A stretch of 64,000 bases of DNA from Deltaproteobacteria bacterium (GCA_050263095.1 JBLNEW010000043.1:986-64985), one strand, 5' to 3'; positions 8,749 through 17,299 are shown, counted from the stretch's first letter. Program-made: numbers and translations. The notes: generated from the sequence alone by a model not told the origin.

Positions 8749-9990
8749 TCAGGCTGCCGCCTTCGCCGGCTCCATCCTTGTCTCCGCCGGACGCCGGGCG
8801 AGCATCTCGAAGCCCAGCGCGACGAGGCAGATCACGGCGCCGGTGTAGAAGGCGTACTGGTAGTTTCCGTAGATGTCGAACATGCGGCCGCCGATGCGCG
8901 GGCCGATGAGCCCGGCCACGCCCCACGCCGTGAAGAGCAGGCCGTAGTTCACTCCCACGTTCTTGGTGCCCCAGAAGTCGGCCGCCGTGGAAGCGTTCAC
9001 CGAGAGCTGCGTCCCGTAGCACCAGTAAACCGCGAACACGAGGATATACAGTGCCGAGACGCTGGACCCCACATGGTACAGGAGGAACATGGCCACGACC
9101 GAGATCCCGATCATCAGGCGCAAGACGTTCAGGCGGCCGAGGTGGTCGGACATCCAGCCCGAGAGGATCCGGCCCGATGCATTGCCGGCCGCCCCGACGA
9201 AGATCGCCGTCGTCGCCAACGTGAGCGAGTGTCCTTGCGCCTGGGCGAACGGAACGAGCTGGCTGATTACCATGAGGCCCGCCGACGTGCCGAGAGCGTA
9301 CGCCAGCCACAGGAAATAGAAGCCGCGCGTCCTGACCACCTCGGACGGTGTGTACTCATATAGCGTGCCGGCGGCCTTGGTGGCCGGGGACGGCACCCAG
9401 CCGGCCGGTTTGTAGCCTGGTTTCGGATTCTGCAGAAGGTACGTAGCGATCATCCCCATGACGAAGAAGATGATACCGAACGCAAAGAAGGTGGTCCGCC
9501 ATCCGTACGTGGGGATCAGCAAGTTGCCCCCCAGAGGGCCGAAGATCGCCGATCCCCCCCCGTATCCCGCGACCGCCAACCCGACCGCGAGGCCCCTCTT
9601 GTCGGGGAACCACTTGGACATAACGGGGATCGGGGTTGCGTAGCCGAAGCCCTGGCCGGTGGCCGCCACGACGCCCAGCCAGAACACGATCCAGCCGATG
9701 CTGTCGGTGTAGCCGGCCATGAAGAATCCGATTGCGTTCAGGGTGGCGCCGATGAACGACACTTTCGTCGGCCCCAATTTGTCCTGGATCCGCCCGCCTA
9801 CGATGAAGGTGACCCCAAATACCGCGACCAGGACCATGAATATGATCGAAACGTCCGCCCGCGTCCATCCGAACTCCTTCTGTATAGGCGCAACAAAAAT
9901 ACTCCATGCATACACGGCGCCGAGGGCAAGGTTCATCGACAGCCCCCCCACGATGCGCCACCACCGGTTCAATCCCGTCTGCCCATCCAT
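8749..9990 (-). CDS. MFS transporter, oxalate/formate antiporter (OFA) family
   Basis: GAVYAWSIF, GRIQDKLGP, KWFPDKRGLAVG, GRILSGWMSDHLGR, GVNYGLLFTAWG; about 12 TM; SD GGAGG before ATG 9990. Confidence 0.9.
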   Translation of the reverse strand: MDGQTGLNRWWRIVGGLSMNLALGAVYAWSIFVAPIQKEFGWTRADVSIIFMVLVAVFGVTFIVGGRIQDKLGPTKVSFIGATLNAIGFFMAGYTDSIGWIVFWLGVVAATGQGFGYATPIPVMSKWFPDKRGLAVGLAVAGYGGGSAIFGPLGGNLLIPTYGWRTTFFAFGIIFFVMGMIATYLLQNPKPGYKPAGWVPSPATKAAGTLYEYTPSEVVRTRGFYFLWLAYALGTSAGLMVISQLVPFAQAQGHSLTLATTAIFVGAAGNASGRILSGWMSDHLGRLNVLRLMIGISVVAMFLLYHVGSSVSALYILVFAVYWCYGTQLSVNASTAADFWGTKNVGVNYGLLFTAWGVAGLIGPRIGGRMFDIYGNYQYAFYTGAVICLVALGFEMLARRPAETRMEPAKAAA

Positions 9991-10086
9991 GGCCTCCCCT
10001 CCATTTCTCCGCGGCTCGCCGCGGAATGCGTTTAAGAAGCCGACTTCCCCATATTCATCTTTATAGCGGACTCTGCCGGGGAGTTC

Positions 10087-10125
10087 TGTGAAACCTTTCA
10101 CGTTGTCGCTGCGAAAGGTTTCACG
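10087..10125. promoter_or_regulatory. Two tandem CRP/HcpR-type boxes between divergent MFS and DUF488 genes
   Basis: TGTGA-AACCTT-TCACG (10087-10102) and TGCGA-AAGGTT-TCACG (10110-10125); TATAAA lies 21 nt downstream of box 1 on the minus strand. Confidence 0.7.
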
Positions 10126-10247
10126 GAAGCTGGCAGGCGGGCTGGAGGTCCCGGGAGCTGCCGTTGGAACCGGCCGTCCCCTTTTCTTATCTTACGGGGG
10201 TAAAGGAAGGCATCCGGAAAGGCGAGTTCCGTGAAAGGAGGAACGGG

Positions 10248-10601
10248 ATGATTCGTATCAAGCGGGTCTACGAAAAGCCGGACCCTTCCGACGAAATCCG
10301 GATCCTCGTCGATCGCCTTTGGCCCCGGGGAGTGAGCAAGGCCGCTGCCCGGATCGACGAGTGGAGGAAGGACCTCGCCCCGACGGACGCCCTGCGGAAG
10401 TGGTTCAACCACGATCCGCGGAAATGGGAGGAGTTCCGTCTGCGCTACCGCAACGAACTCGATGCATCGAGAAAAATGGAGGATCTTAAAGAACTGGCCG
10501 GACGGGTGAAGACGGAAACCGTGACCCTGCTGTACGCCGCGCACGACAAGACGCGCAACAACGCCGTTGCTCTCAAGAAGATCATCGAGAAGTTCCTGTA
10601 G
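10248..10601 (+). CDS. DUF488 / YeaO family protein
   Basis: MIRIKRVYE...RILVDRLWPRGVSK...WRKDLAPT..LRKWFNHDP.KWEEF..RY; NNAVALK; SD AGGAGG. Confidence 0.9.
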   Translation: MIRIKRVYEKPDPSDEIRILVDRLWPRGVSKAAARIDEWRKDLAPTDALRKWFNHDPRKWEEFRLRYRNELDASRKMEDLKELAGRVKTETVTLLYAAHDKTRNNAVALKKIIEKFL

Positions 10602-10613
10602 GGCCGGTCTGAT

Positions 10614-10650
10614 GGCCGGGAGGTTCCCAGTGAAGGGAATCCCCCCGGCC
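10614..10650. terminator. Hairpin between convergent genes
   Basis: GGCCGGGAGGTTCCC-agtgaa-GGGAATCCCCCCGGCC. Confidence 0.6.
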
Positions 10651-10669
10651 CGCCATGCTTGTGATGCCT

Positions 10670-10879
10670 TCAAGCCGCCAGGCGGATCTCTTCCTCCGTC
10701 TCGGGTTCGTCGGCTTCAGGAAGCGGCCACTCCGCCCAATACAGGCGGTTCCCTCTGCTCTCCTCCTCGGACATGTGCCCGAAAAGGACTGCGCTCACCA
10801 CGATCGCGAGCAGGGCCACTTCGGCCAGGTACGCGAAGCTGGATCCGATGAACTCAGTTCCCAGTGCGAAGATTTCCAT
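10670..10879 (-). CDS. Small membrane protein (69 aa), paralog family member 2
   Basis: SD GGGGGTGA; TM helix then MSEEESRGNRLYWAEWP; ends RLAA. Confidence 0.8.
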   Translation of the reverse strand: MEIFALGTEFIGSSFAYLAEVALLAIVVSAVLFGHMSEEESRGNRLYWAEWPLPEADEPETEEEIRLAA

Positions 10880-10932
10880 GATCTTCACCCCCTTTCCCTC
10901 TGACCGTAAGATAACGTGGAGAGGAGATCGAT

Positions 10933-10966
10933 TGTGAAAGGTCGAACGGAAATGATATTTTTCACG
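10933..10966. promoter_or_regulatory. Two degenerate CRP/HcpR-type boxes
   Basis: TGTGA-AAGGTC-GAACG (10933-10948) and AATGA-TATTTT-TCACG (10951-10966) between divergent small gene and folE. Confidence 0.45.
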
Positions 10967-11009
10967 GAGGGAGCCAAAACAGGTTTCTCCGCCGCTCCCG
11001 GGAGGACCG

Positions 11010-11678
11010 ATGAGTTCGGACGGCGACCATGAGCACAGGAAAATCCTGCCGGGCATGAGTGCGAACCGCCCGCGCGTTCCGGAAGACCGGATTCGTAAGT
11101 TCGAAGGCTACATGGAGGAAATCTTCTCGGCTTTCGGGATGGATCTTGACACCCCGGCCACGCGGGACACCCCGCGGCGGTTTCTCCGGGCGATGCAGGA
11201 CAGCACCGAAGGGTACGAGGGCGACCCGAAGCTGATCACGGTGTTCGATACCGAGTGCCGCGGAGGGCCGGACTGCCGGCTCAGCCAGATCGTGGAAGGT
11301 CCGATTCCGTTCTTCAGCCTCTGCGAGCACCACGCGCTTCCGTTCTACGGCCGCGCCTATGTGGGGTACATCGCCCACGAGCAGATCATCGGCCTGTCGA
11401 AGCTCACGCGGCTCGTGCGCCTCTATGCGAAACGGTTCACCGTGCAGGAGCGGATCGGCCAGCAGATCGCCGACTCCCTGGACGCGATGCTCCGTCCGCA
11501 TGGCGTTGCGGTGTACCTCGACGCTCACCACCTGTGCACCCAGATGAGGGGGGTCCGGGAGACGGCTCCGCTGACACGCACGACGTTCTGGCGCGGGAAT
11601 TACGAAAGCGACCCGGCCCTTCGGACCGAGTTCTACGTGGCATGCGGGCTGCACCGGTTCGAAGCCGGGACCCGGTAG
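11010..11678 (+). CDS. folE: GTP cyclohydrolase I
   Basis: DTPRR, SLCEHHALPFYG, IIGLSKLTRLV, QER, HLCTQMRG zinc ligands. Confidence 0.9.
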   Translation: MSSDGDHEHRKILPGMSANRPRVPEDRIRKFEGYMEEIFSAFGMDLDTPATRDTPRRFLRAMQDSTEGYEGDPKLITVFDTECRGGPDCRLSQIVEGPIPFFSLCEHHALPFYGRAYVGYIAHEQIIGLSKLTRLVRLYAKRFTVQERIGQQIADSLDAMLRPHGVAVYLDAHHLCTQMRGVRETAPLTRTTFWRGNYESDPALRTEFYVACGLHRFEAGTR

Positions 11679-11691
11679 GCGGCGGGATGCG

Positions 11692-12540
11692 ATGCTTCCC
11701 CTGACGCCCCTGGAATCCCTCTTCGAAACGGGGCAGGGGGAGGAGCTTCCCCTCCCCCGCGAACTGTCGGCGCTCTACGGTCCTCTCCGCTTCCCGGCGC
11801 GCAGGGGCCGCAGGTACGTAATAGGCAATTTCGTGACCACGCTTGACGGCGTCGCGTCCCTCTCCGACCCCGTGCTGCCGGGAGGAGGCCCCATCAGCGG
11901 TTCCAACCCGCACGACAGGATGGTGATGGGCCTGCTTCGGGCCGTCGCCGACGCCGTGATCGTCGGCGCCGGTACGCTGCGCTCGGTCCCCCGTCACCTT
12001 TGGACGGCCGAGCACATCTTCCCGGCTCTGGCCGACCCGTACCGCCGGCTTCGGGCCGCGCTGGGGAAGACCGCTCCGCCCTTGAACGTCATCGTAACAG
12101 CGCGCGGCGAAATCGACCCGGGCCTTCCGGTTTTCCGGTCCGGGGACGTAAAGACTCTCGTCGTCACAACGCCGGCAGGCGCCCGGAAGGTCCGTGAAAG
12201 GGGCTTTTCCGGGGCGGTCGGGATCGAGGAAGTGAACGGTGCGGCCGGGGTCGGCGCCCGGGAAATTCTGTCCGCGATCGACCGTGTCCTGCCCGGGAAA
12301 TTATTCCTTGTCGAGGGGGGGCCGCGGTTGATGGGGGATTTCTTCGCCGAGAAATGCCTGGACGAGCTTTTCTTGACGCTAGCTCCGCAGGTTGCCGGCA
12401 GGGACGGGGCCGCAGAGCGTCCTGGATTCGTCTCAGGCAAGCGCTTTGCGCCGGAGCGCCCTCTCTGGGGAACGCTTGCCGGCGCAAAACGCGGCGGCAG
12501 CCATCTGTTTTTAAGGTATGCATTCGCCGCTGAAGAATGA
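11692..12540 (+). CDS. RibD C-terminal / dihydrofolate reductase-fold protein
   Basis: NFVTTLDG, LRAVADAVIVGAGTLR, LVEGGPRL, LDELFLTLAP. Confidence 0.88.
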   Translation: MLPLTPLESLFETGQGEELPLPRELSALYGPLRFPARRGRRYVIGNFVTTLDGVASLSDPVLPGGGPISGSNPHDRMVMGLLRAVADAVIVGAGTLRSVPRHLWTAEHIFPALADPYRRLRAALGKTAPPLNVIVTARGEIDPGLPVFRSGDVKTLVVTTPAGARKVRERGFSGAVGIEEVNGAAGVGAREILSAIDRVLPGKLFLVEGGPRLMGDFFAEKCLDELFLTLAPQVAGRDGAAERPGFVSGKRFAPERPLWGTLAGAKRGGSHLFLRYAFAAEE

Positions 12541-12562
12541 TCTCCCGGCGGGATCCTGCGGG

Positions 12563-12602
12563 AAAAAAACCGGGGGATTGCCCGGTTCGGCAACCCCCCG
12601 GG
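12563..12602 (-). terminator. Intrinsic terminator of small gene 12622-12837
   Basis: CCGGGGGATTGCC/GGCAACCCCCCGG stem with A7 on plus strand (U-tract on minus). Confidence 0.7.
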
Positions 12603-12621
12603 TCGGGGGCGATCGGCAAAG

Positions 12622-12837
12622 TTACGCGGCCTTAGGATACTTGACGCCCTCCACCGGCGCGGATTCGCCGATGTCCGTAAACGGGGATTCTGCCCAGAAG
12701 ACCGGGTTTCCCTTGGATTCCTCGTCGGCCATGTTGCCGAGAAGGATGCCGCACGCCGCGATAACCAACAGCGCAAGCCCGCACAGCGCGGCAATCGGAG
12801 AACCGAACAGTTCGATGTCGAAAAGGATGCCTTCCAT
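12622..12837 (-). CDS. Small membrane protein (71 aa), paralog family member 3
   Basis: SD AGGAGGTGA; TM helix then MADEESKGNPVFWAESP; ends PKAA. Confidence 0.8.
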   Translation of the reverse strand: MEGILFDIELFGSPIAALCGLALLVIAACGILLGNMADEESKGNPVFWAESPFTDIGESAPVEGVKYPKAA

Positions 12838-12865
12838 CTTTCTCACCTCCTTCCTTTCTGATCCC

Positions 12866-12908
12866 ACTATAGGGCCGGGCGCGGAAGTGGTCTGTGCAAC
12901 CTTTCACA
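12866..12908 (-). promoter_or_regulatory. CRP/HcpR-type box with class II promoter geometry
   Basis: Minus strand TGTGA-AAGGTT-GCACA (12908-12893), 21 nt, then -10 TATAGT (12871-12866); also overlaps the -35 region of a divergent promoter (TGcTATTCT at 12922-12930). Confidence 0.75.
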
Positions 12909-12983
12909 TTGCCCCCCCCGGTGCTATTCTCAATCGTTGACTGCACCGGCAAGCTCCGCGCGGGCATGACGGTCCTGGAGGGA

Positions 12984-13325
12984 ATGATGCCGTTCATCGT
13001 CCGGATGGGCGCCAGCGCCATCGCAATCCTGATAATCGCGTACCTGCTCCCGTCGGTGATGTCGGCCGACGGTCCGATGGCGGCGCTGGCTGCCGCTTTC
13101 GTGCTGGGATTGGTCAACGCGATTATCCGGCCGGTTTTCGTCCTCCTCACGCTCCCGGTAACCGTAGCGACTCTCGGGATATTCCTCGTCGTGATAAACG
13201 GACTGCTTCTTTGGCTCGTATCCGCGATCGTCCCCGGCGTCCACGTCAACGGGTTCCTCGGGGCCGTTGCGGGCTCGCTGCTCATCAGCGCAATCTCGTG
13301 GATCCTTACGAGGGTCGTTCCATGA
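12984..13325 (+). CDS. YvlD-like 4-TM membrane protein (phage holin superfamily IV)
   Basis: VLGLVNAIIRPVFVLLTLPVTVATLGIFLVVINGLLLWL. Confidence 0.85.
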   Translation: MMPFIVRMGASAIAILIIAYLLPSVMSADGPMAALAAAFVLGLVNAIIRPVFVLLTLPVTVATLGIFLVVINGLLLWLVSAIVPGVHVNGFLGAVAGSLLISAISWILTRVVP

Positions 13326-14722
13326 GCGTCTCCATCCGGTTTTTGGGCGGCGTGCGCGAGGTGACCGGCTCGTGCATCCTGCTGCAGTCCGGCCGAGCCA
13401 GGTTCCTGGTCGACTGCGGGATGTTCCAGGGCGGGTCGGAGAGCGACCGGAAGAACGCCCGTCCTTTCGCCGTTCCCCCTTCCTCGATCGATTTCGTCCT
13501 TTCCACCCACGCCCATATCGACCATTCCGGGCTGCTCCCCAAGGTAGTGCACGACGGATTCAAGGGGAGGATTTACGCCACTCCGGCGACGGCCGACCTG
13601 TTGAGGGTGATGCTTCCGGATTCCGGACACATCCAGGAGAGGGAGGCGGAGTGGCAGACGCGGAGGGCGATGCGGGCGGGGAATCGCGACGGACGACCTC
13701 TTTACACCGAAGCGGATGCCCTGGCGGTTCTTCCGCGCCTGGAACCGGTTCCTTACGGAAAAGGGTTCGAGCCCGCGCCAGGCATCCGTGTCCGCTTCCT
13801 GGACGCGGGGCATATTCTGGGATCGGCGATCGTGTGCGTCTCGATCAGGGACGGCGGCAGGGACAGGGAACTCGTCTTCACCGGGGACCTCGGCCACCGG
13901 GGCCTTCCCATAGTGCGGGATCCGGCGCCCGTAGAGAAGGCCGACGTCCTCGTCATGGAGTCCACCTACGGGAACCGGGTTCACAAGGGTATGGAGCAGT
14001 CGATAGAAGAGTTCCTGCACGCCGTGACGGACACTCTCGGCCGGAAAGGCGGAAACGTGATCATTCCCGCCTTCGCCGTGGGCCGCGCCCAGGACATACT
14101 TTACCTGTTAGCCGACCTGACCCGCCAGGGAAGGATTTCCGGGATCACGCTGTACATAGACTCGCCGCTGGCGGCGCAGGCCACGCAGATTACCCTTCGC
14201 CACCCGGAATGCTTCGATGACAGCACGCGACGGGCGCTGGCATGGAAGGAGGCGCACCCCGACCGGTTCCGGGTCGTCGTCACCGCGAGCGCCGAGGAGT
14301 CGATGGCGCTTAATTCAATGCGTGGAGGCGGGATCATAATGGCGGGCAGCGGGATGTGCGAGGCCGGGAGGATAAAGCATCACCTCAAGCACAATCTATG
14401 GCGCAAGGAGTCCAGCATCGTCATCGTCGGTTTCCAGGCGGCGGGGACGCTCGGCCGCAAGATAGTCGACGGAGCTAAATATGTCCGTGTTCTTGGGGAA
14501 GACATCGCGGTGGCGGCCGACATCTACACGATCGGAGGGCTGTCGGCGCACGCGGACCGGGACGATCTGCTGGCCTGGGCCGGCGGATTCCGCTCGCCGC
14601 CTGAGCAGGTCTTCGTGGCCCACGGCGAGGAATCCGTTTCCCTTGGTTTCGCGCAGGAGCTGCGCGGCCGCCTCAAGTGGAACGCCGAGGTTCCGGTTCC
14701 AGGGCAGCCGCTGGAGGTCTGA
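13322..14722 (+). CDS. MBL-fold metallo-hydrolase, beta-CASP RNA-processing family
   Basis: EVTGSC, LVDCG, THAHIDHSG, AGHILGSA, ESTYG, PAFAVGR, SAHAD, HGE. Confidence 0.92.
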   Translation: MSVSIRFLGGVREVTGSCILLQSGRARFLVDCGMFQGGSESDRKNARPFAVPPSSIDFVLSTHAHIDHSGLLPKVVHDGFKGRIYATPATADLLRVMLPDSGHIQEREAEWQTRRAMRAGNRDGRPLYTEADALAVLPRLEPVPYGKGFEPAPGIRVRFLDAGHILGSAIVCVSIRDGGRDRELVFTGDLGHRGLPIVRDPAPVEKADVLVMESTYGNRVHKGMEQSIEEFLHAVTDTLGRKGGNVIIPAFAVGRAQDILYLLADLTRQGRISGITLYIDSPLAAQATQITLRHPECFDDSTRRALAWKEAHPDRFRVVVTASAEESMALNSMRGGGIIMAGSGMCEAGRIKHHLKHNLWRKESSIVIVGFQAAGTLGRKIVDGAKYVRVLGEDIAVAADIYTIGGLSAHADRDDLLAWAGGFRSPPEQVFVAHGEESVSLGFAQELRGRLKWNAEVPVPGQPLEV

Positions 14723-14800
14723 AACCTGACGCGCCTCTCCCGGAACCACCGGCAATTCCTTTCATCTCTATCTTGAGATCGAAAGGAAAGGAGATGGGGG

Positions 14801-15316
14801 ATGAAGGCAGCGAAGAAAATGAAGATCGTTCGGGGGATCGAGCCGATCCCCAAGGGATTTCATACAGTTACACCATGCCTGATGGTCCGCGGCGCGGACC
14901 GCGCTTTGGAGTTCTACAGGAAGGCGTTCGGGGCTGAAGTGCTCGACCGACTGACCGGCCCGGACGGCAAGTCGGTCATCCACGCGCAGATCAAGGTCGG
15001 GGACTCGTTCATTTTCCTTGGCGACGAAGTCCCGGGCATGGAGGGCGGCGCCCCCGAGAAATACGGAGGCTCGCCGGCGTCGCTCCACCTGTACGTCGAA
15101 GACGTGGACGCCGCGGTCGAACGGGCGGTGACGGCCGGCGCGCAGGTCCGGATGCCGGTCGCGGACATGTTCTGGGGGGATCGCTACGCCAAGGTCGCCG
15201 ACCCGTTTGGGTACGAATGGGGGCTTGCCACCCGCAAGGAGGACTTGACCCCCGAAGAGATCCGCCGCGGTGCCGAGGAGTTCTTCAAAAAACAATCGGG
15301 CGGCGGCCATCAGTGA
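14801..15316 (+). CDS. VOC/glyoxalase family protein (PhnB-like)
   Basis: PKGFHTVTPCL, FYRKAFGA, LYVEDVDA, DMFWGDRY...DPFGYEW. Confidence 0.9.
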   Translation: MKAAKKMKIVRGIEPIPKGFHTVTPCLMVRGADRALEFYRKAFGAEVLDRLTGPDGKSVIHAQIKVGDSFIFLGDEVPGMEGGAPEKYGGSPASLHLYVEDVDAAVERAVTAGAQVRMPVADMFWGDRYAKVADPFGYEWGLATRKEDLTPEEIRRGAEEFFKKQSGGGHQ

Positions 15317-15362
15317 ACCGCGACGTGCAGTGAATCGCCGAAAGCCGGGCGGCGGGGGCAGG

Positions 15363-16211
15363 GTGGATCGAAAAAGCTTCGTCGCGTTCCTTTTCCTTGC
15401 CTGGTGCGCCGCAACATTCGCCGGGGCGCCCGGCGCGCTGGGTCATGTACGGGAAACCCCGGAAGATATCCTGAAACAGATCGGCGTTGACGAGAATCCG
15501 GGGGGACAGGTTCCCCCCGGACTCGCCTTTCGAAACGAGGAAGGGAAAACGGTCCTGGTCGGGGATTTCTTCGTGAAGGGGCCGGTCGTCCTCACGCTCA
15601 ATTATTACACCTGTCCCATGCTATGTCCCCTGACCCTGCGCAACCTGCTGTCATCTGCGGAAGCAGTGGGCGGGATATCGCTCGAACGCGATTTCCGGAT
15701 CGTGACCGTCAGCATCGATCCCGACGAGATGCCCGAGGCGGCGCGCGCCCGGGCCGACGAAATGCACGGGATGATGAAGTCGGCCGGCCCCCCCGGTGCC
15801 AGATGGGCGTTCCTTTACGGAGGCCGGGAGGAAATCGCGAAGCTGACCGCAGCCGTGGGATTCCGTTACCGGAAGCTGGAAAACGAGTTCGCCCATCCCA
15901 ACGTCGTCGTGGTTCTCACGCAAGGCGGGAAGATTTCCCGGTACCTGTACGGGATCGAGCAGGACCCGCGTGACCTGCGGCTGGCTCTCATCGAGGCGGC
16001 CGGCGGGAGGATAGGGGAGTCGCCGAACGTCAACCGGGCGCTGCTGTACTGCTTCCATTACGACCCGGTCGCGAAAAAATACGCGCTATACGCCAGGAAC
16101 ATCATGAAGGCGGGCGGCATTTTCACTCTTGTCTTGCTGGGGTCTTTGTATTTAGCCTTGTGGAAGCGCCGAAAACCAAGGACCCTTGCGGGTCGATCGG
16201 GGGATGGATGA
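15363..16211 (+). CDS. SCO family copper chaperone for cytochrome c oxidase
   Basis: YYTCPMLC (CxxxC), SIDP, FAH, ISRYLYG, C-terminal TM; GTG start inferred. Confidence 0.88.
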   Translation: MDRKSFVAFLFLAWCAATFAGAPGALGHVRETPEDILKQIGVDENPGGQVPPGLAFRNEEGKTVLVGDFFVKGPVVLTLNYYTCPMLCPLTLRNLLSSAEAVGGISLERDFRIVTVSIDPDEMPEAARARADEMHGMMKSAGPPGARWAFLYGGREEIAKLTAAVGFRYRKLENEFAHPNVVVVLTQGGKISRYLYGIEQDPRDLRLALIEAAGGRIGESPNVNRALLYCFHYDPVAKKYALYARNIMKAGGIFTLVLLGSLYLALWKRRKPRTLAGRSGDG

Positions 16212-17203
16212 CGAACGCGTACGCGTCGGGCGAGGCGGCTTCGCGGTCCGCCCTCCAGATAGACGCCGTCTTTTTCTTCATAACGGCGGTTTCTCTCTTT
16301 TTCTTCTTCCTGGTCGAAGGGCTTCTCATTTATTTCGCCATACGATACCGCAGGAGGAAGGCCTCGGAGGACGCTGCGACCTCGGAGGTCAAGAGTCACC
16401 TCGTACTTGAAATCGTGTGGGTGATCATACCCTCCCTCGTAGTGCTGGCTTTTTTCGCCTACGGATACGTCGTTTATCGGGACGTCACCACGCCGGCCCC
16501 CGGCTCGAGCGACATAAACGTCATGGCCCGCCAGTTCTCGTACGAGTTCAAGTATCCCGACGGCCATACCACCGTCGACCTGCTGCGGCTGCCCGTCGGA
16601 AAGCCGGTCAAGCTGATCATGACCTCGCAGGACGTCCTCCACGGGTTCTTCCTCCCCGACTTCCGGCTCAAGCAGGACGTCGTGCCGGGGCAATACACCT
16701 ACCTTTACCTGCATCCCGACAAGGAGGGGACATACGACATCTTCTGCACGCAATATTGCGGGGTGGGACATTCCACGATGCGGGGCAAGCTCGTCGTGAT
16801 GTCCGCGGTCGATTATGCGAAATGGGCGCAGGCCGCGAAAACCGCGGGGGCCGCCCGGTCGCTTCCCGAGAAGGGGAAGGAACTGCTTTCGAAATCCGGC
16901 TGCCTGGGATGCCATTCCATCGACGGAAGCGTCAAGATCGGTCCGACCTTCAAGGGGCTTTACGGCAGGGAATCGCACCTTGAAGGGGATCGCGAGGTCT
17001 ATGCGGACGAGGAATACATCCGTGAATCGATCTACGACCCGGGAGCCAGGATAGTAAAGGGTTTTCCCAACGTCATGCCGACCTTCAAGGGGCGTCTCTC
17101 CGACGACGACATCGCCGCGATAATCGCATACCTGAAAACGCTTCCGGGCGGGGATTCGGAGCGGGAGAAGGAAAAAAAGGAGAGGGGGGAGAGGAAAAAG
17201 TAA
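16208..17203 (+). CDS. coxB: Cytochrome c oxidase subunit II with C-terminal cytochrome c domain (caa3 type)
   Basis: LEIVWVIIP, DVLHGF, CuA motif CTQYCGVGHSTM, heme motif CLGCH; ATG 16208 overlaps sco stop. Confidence 0.93.
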   Translation: MTNAYASGEAASRSALQIDAVFFFITAVSLFFFFLVEGLLIYFAIRYRRRKASEDAATSEVKSHLVLEIVWVIIPSLVVLAFFAYGYVVYRDVTTPAPGSSDINVMARQFSYEFKYPDGHTTVDLLRLPVGKPVKLIMTSQDVLHGFFLPDFRLKQDVVPGQYTYLYLHPDKEGTYDIFCTQYCGVGHSTMRGKLVVMSAVDYAKWAQAAKTAGAARSLPEKGKELLSKSGCLGCHSIDGSVKIGPTFKGLYGRESHLEGDREVYADEEYIRESIYDPGARIVKGFPNVMPTFKGRLSDDDIAAIIAYLKTLPGGDSEREKEKKERGERKK

Positions 17204-17299
17204 CGAGAAAGGGCGATTAGCCGCCAGCCGGCACGCAACCTTATTGCGCATGACGACATCGCATACGGTGAAAATCGTAATAACGGCGGGAGATGAGGA

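Noticed and set aside
12984-13325. 'Phage holin' as evidence of a prophage
   Set aside because: YvlD-type proteins are common chromosomal genes; no phage genes flank it
17229-17250. Possible sigma54 promoter between coxB and coxA (GGCACG...TTGC)
   Set aside because: GG-to-GC spacing is too long for the strict -24/-12 geometry
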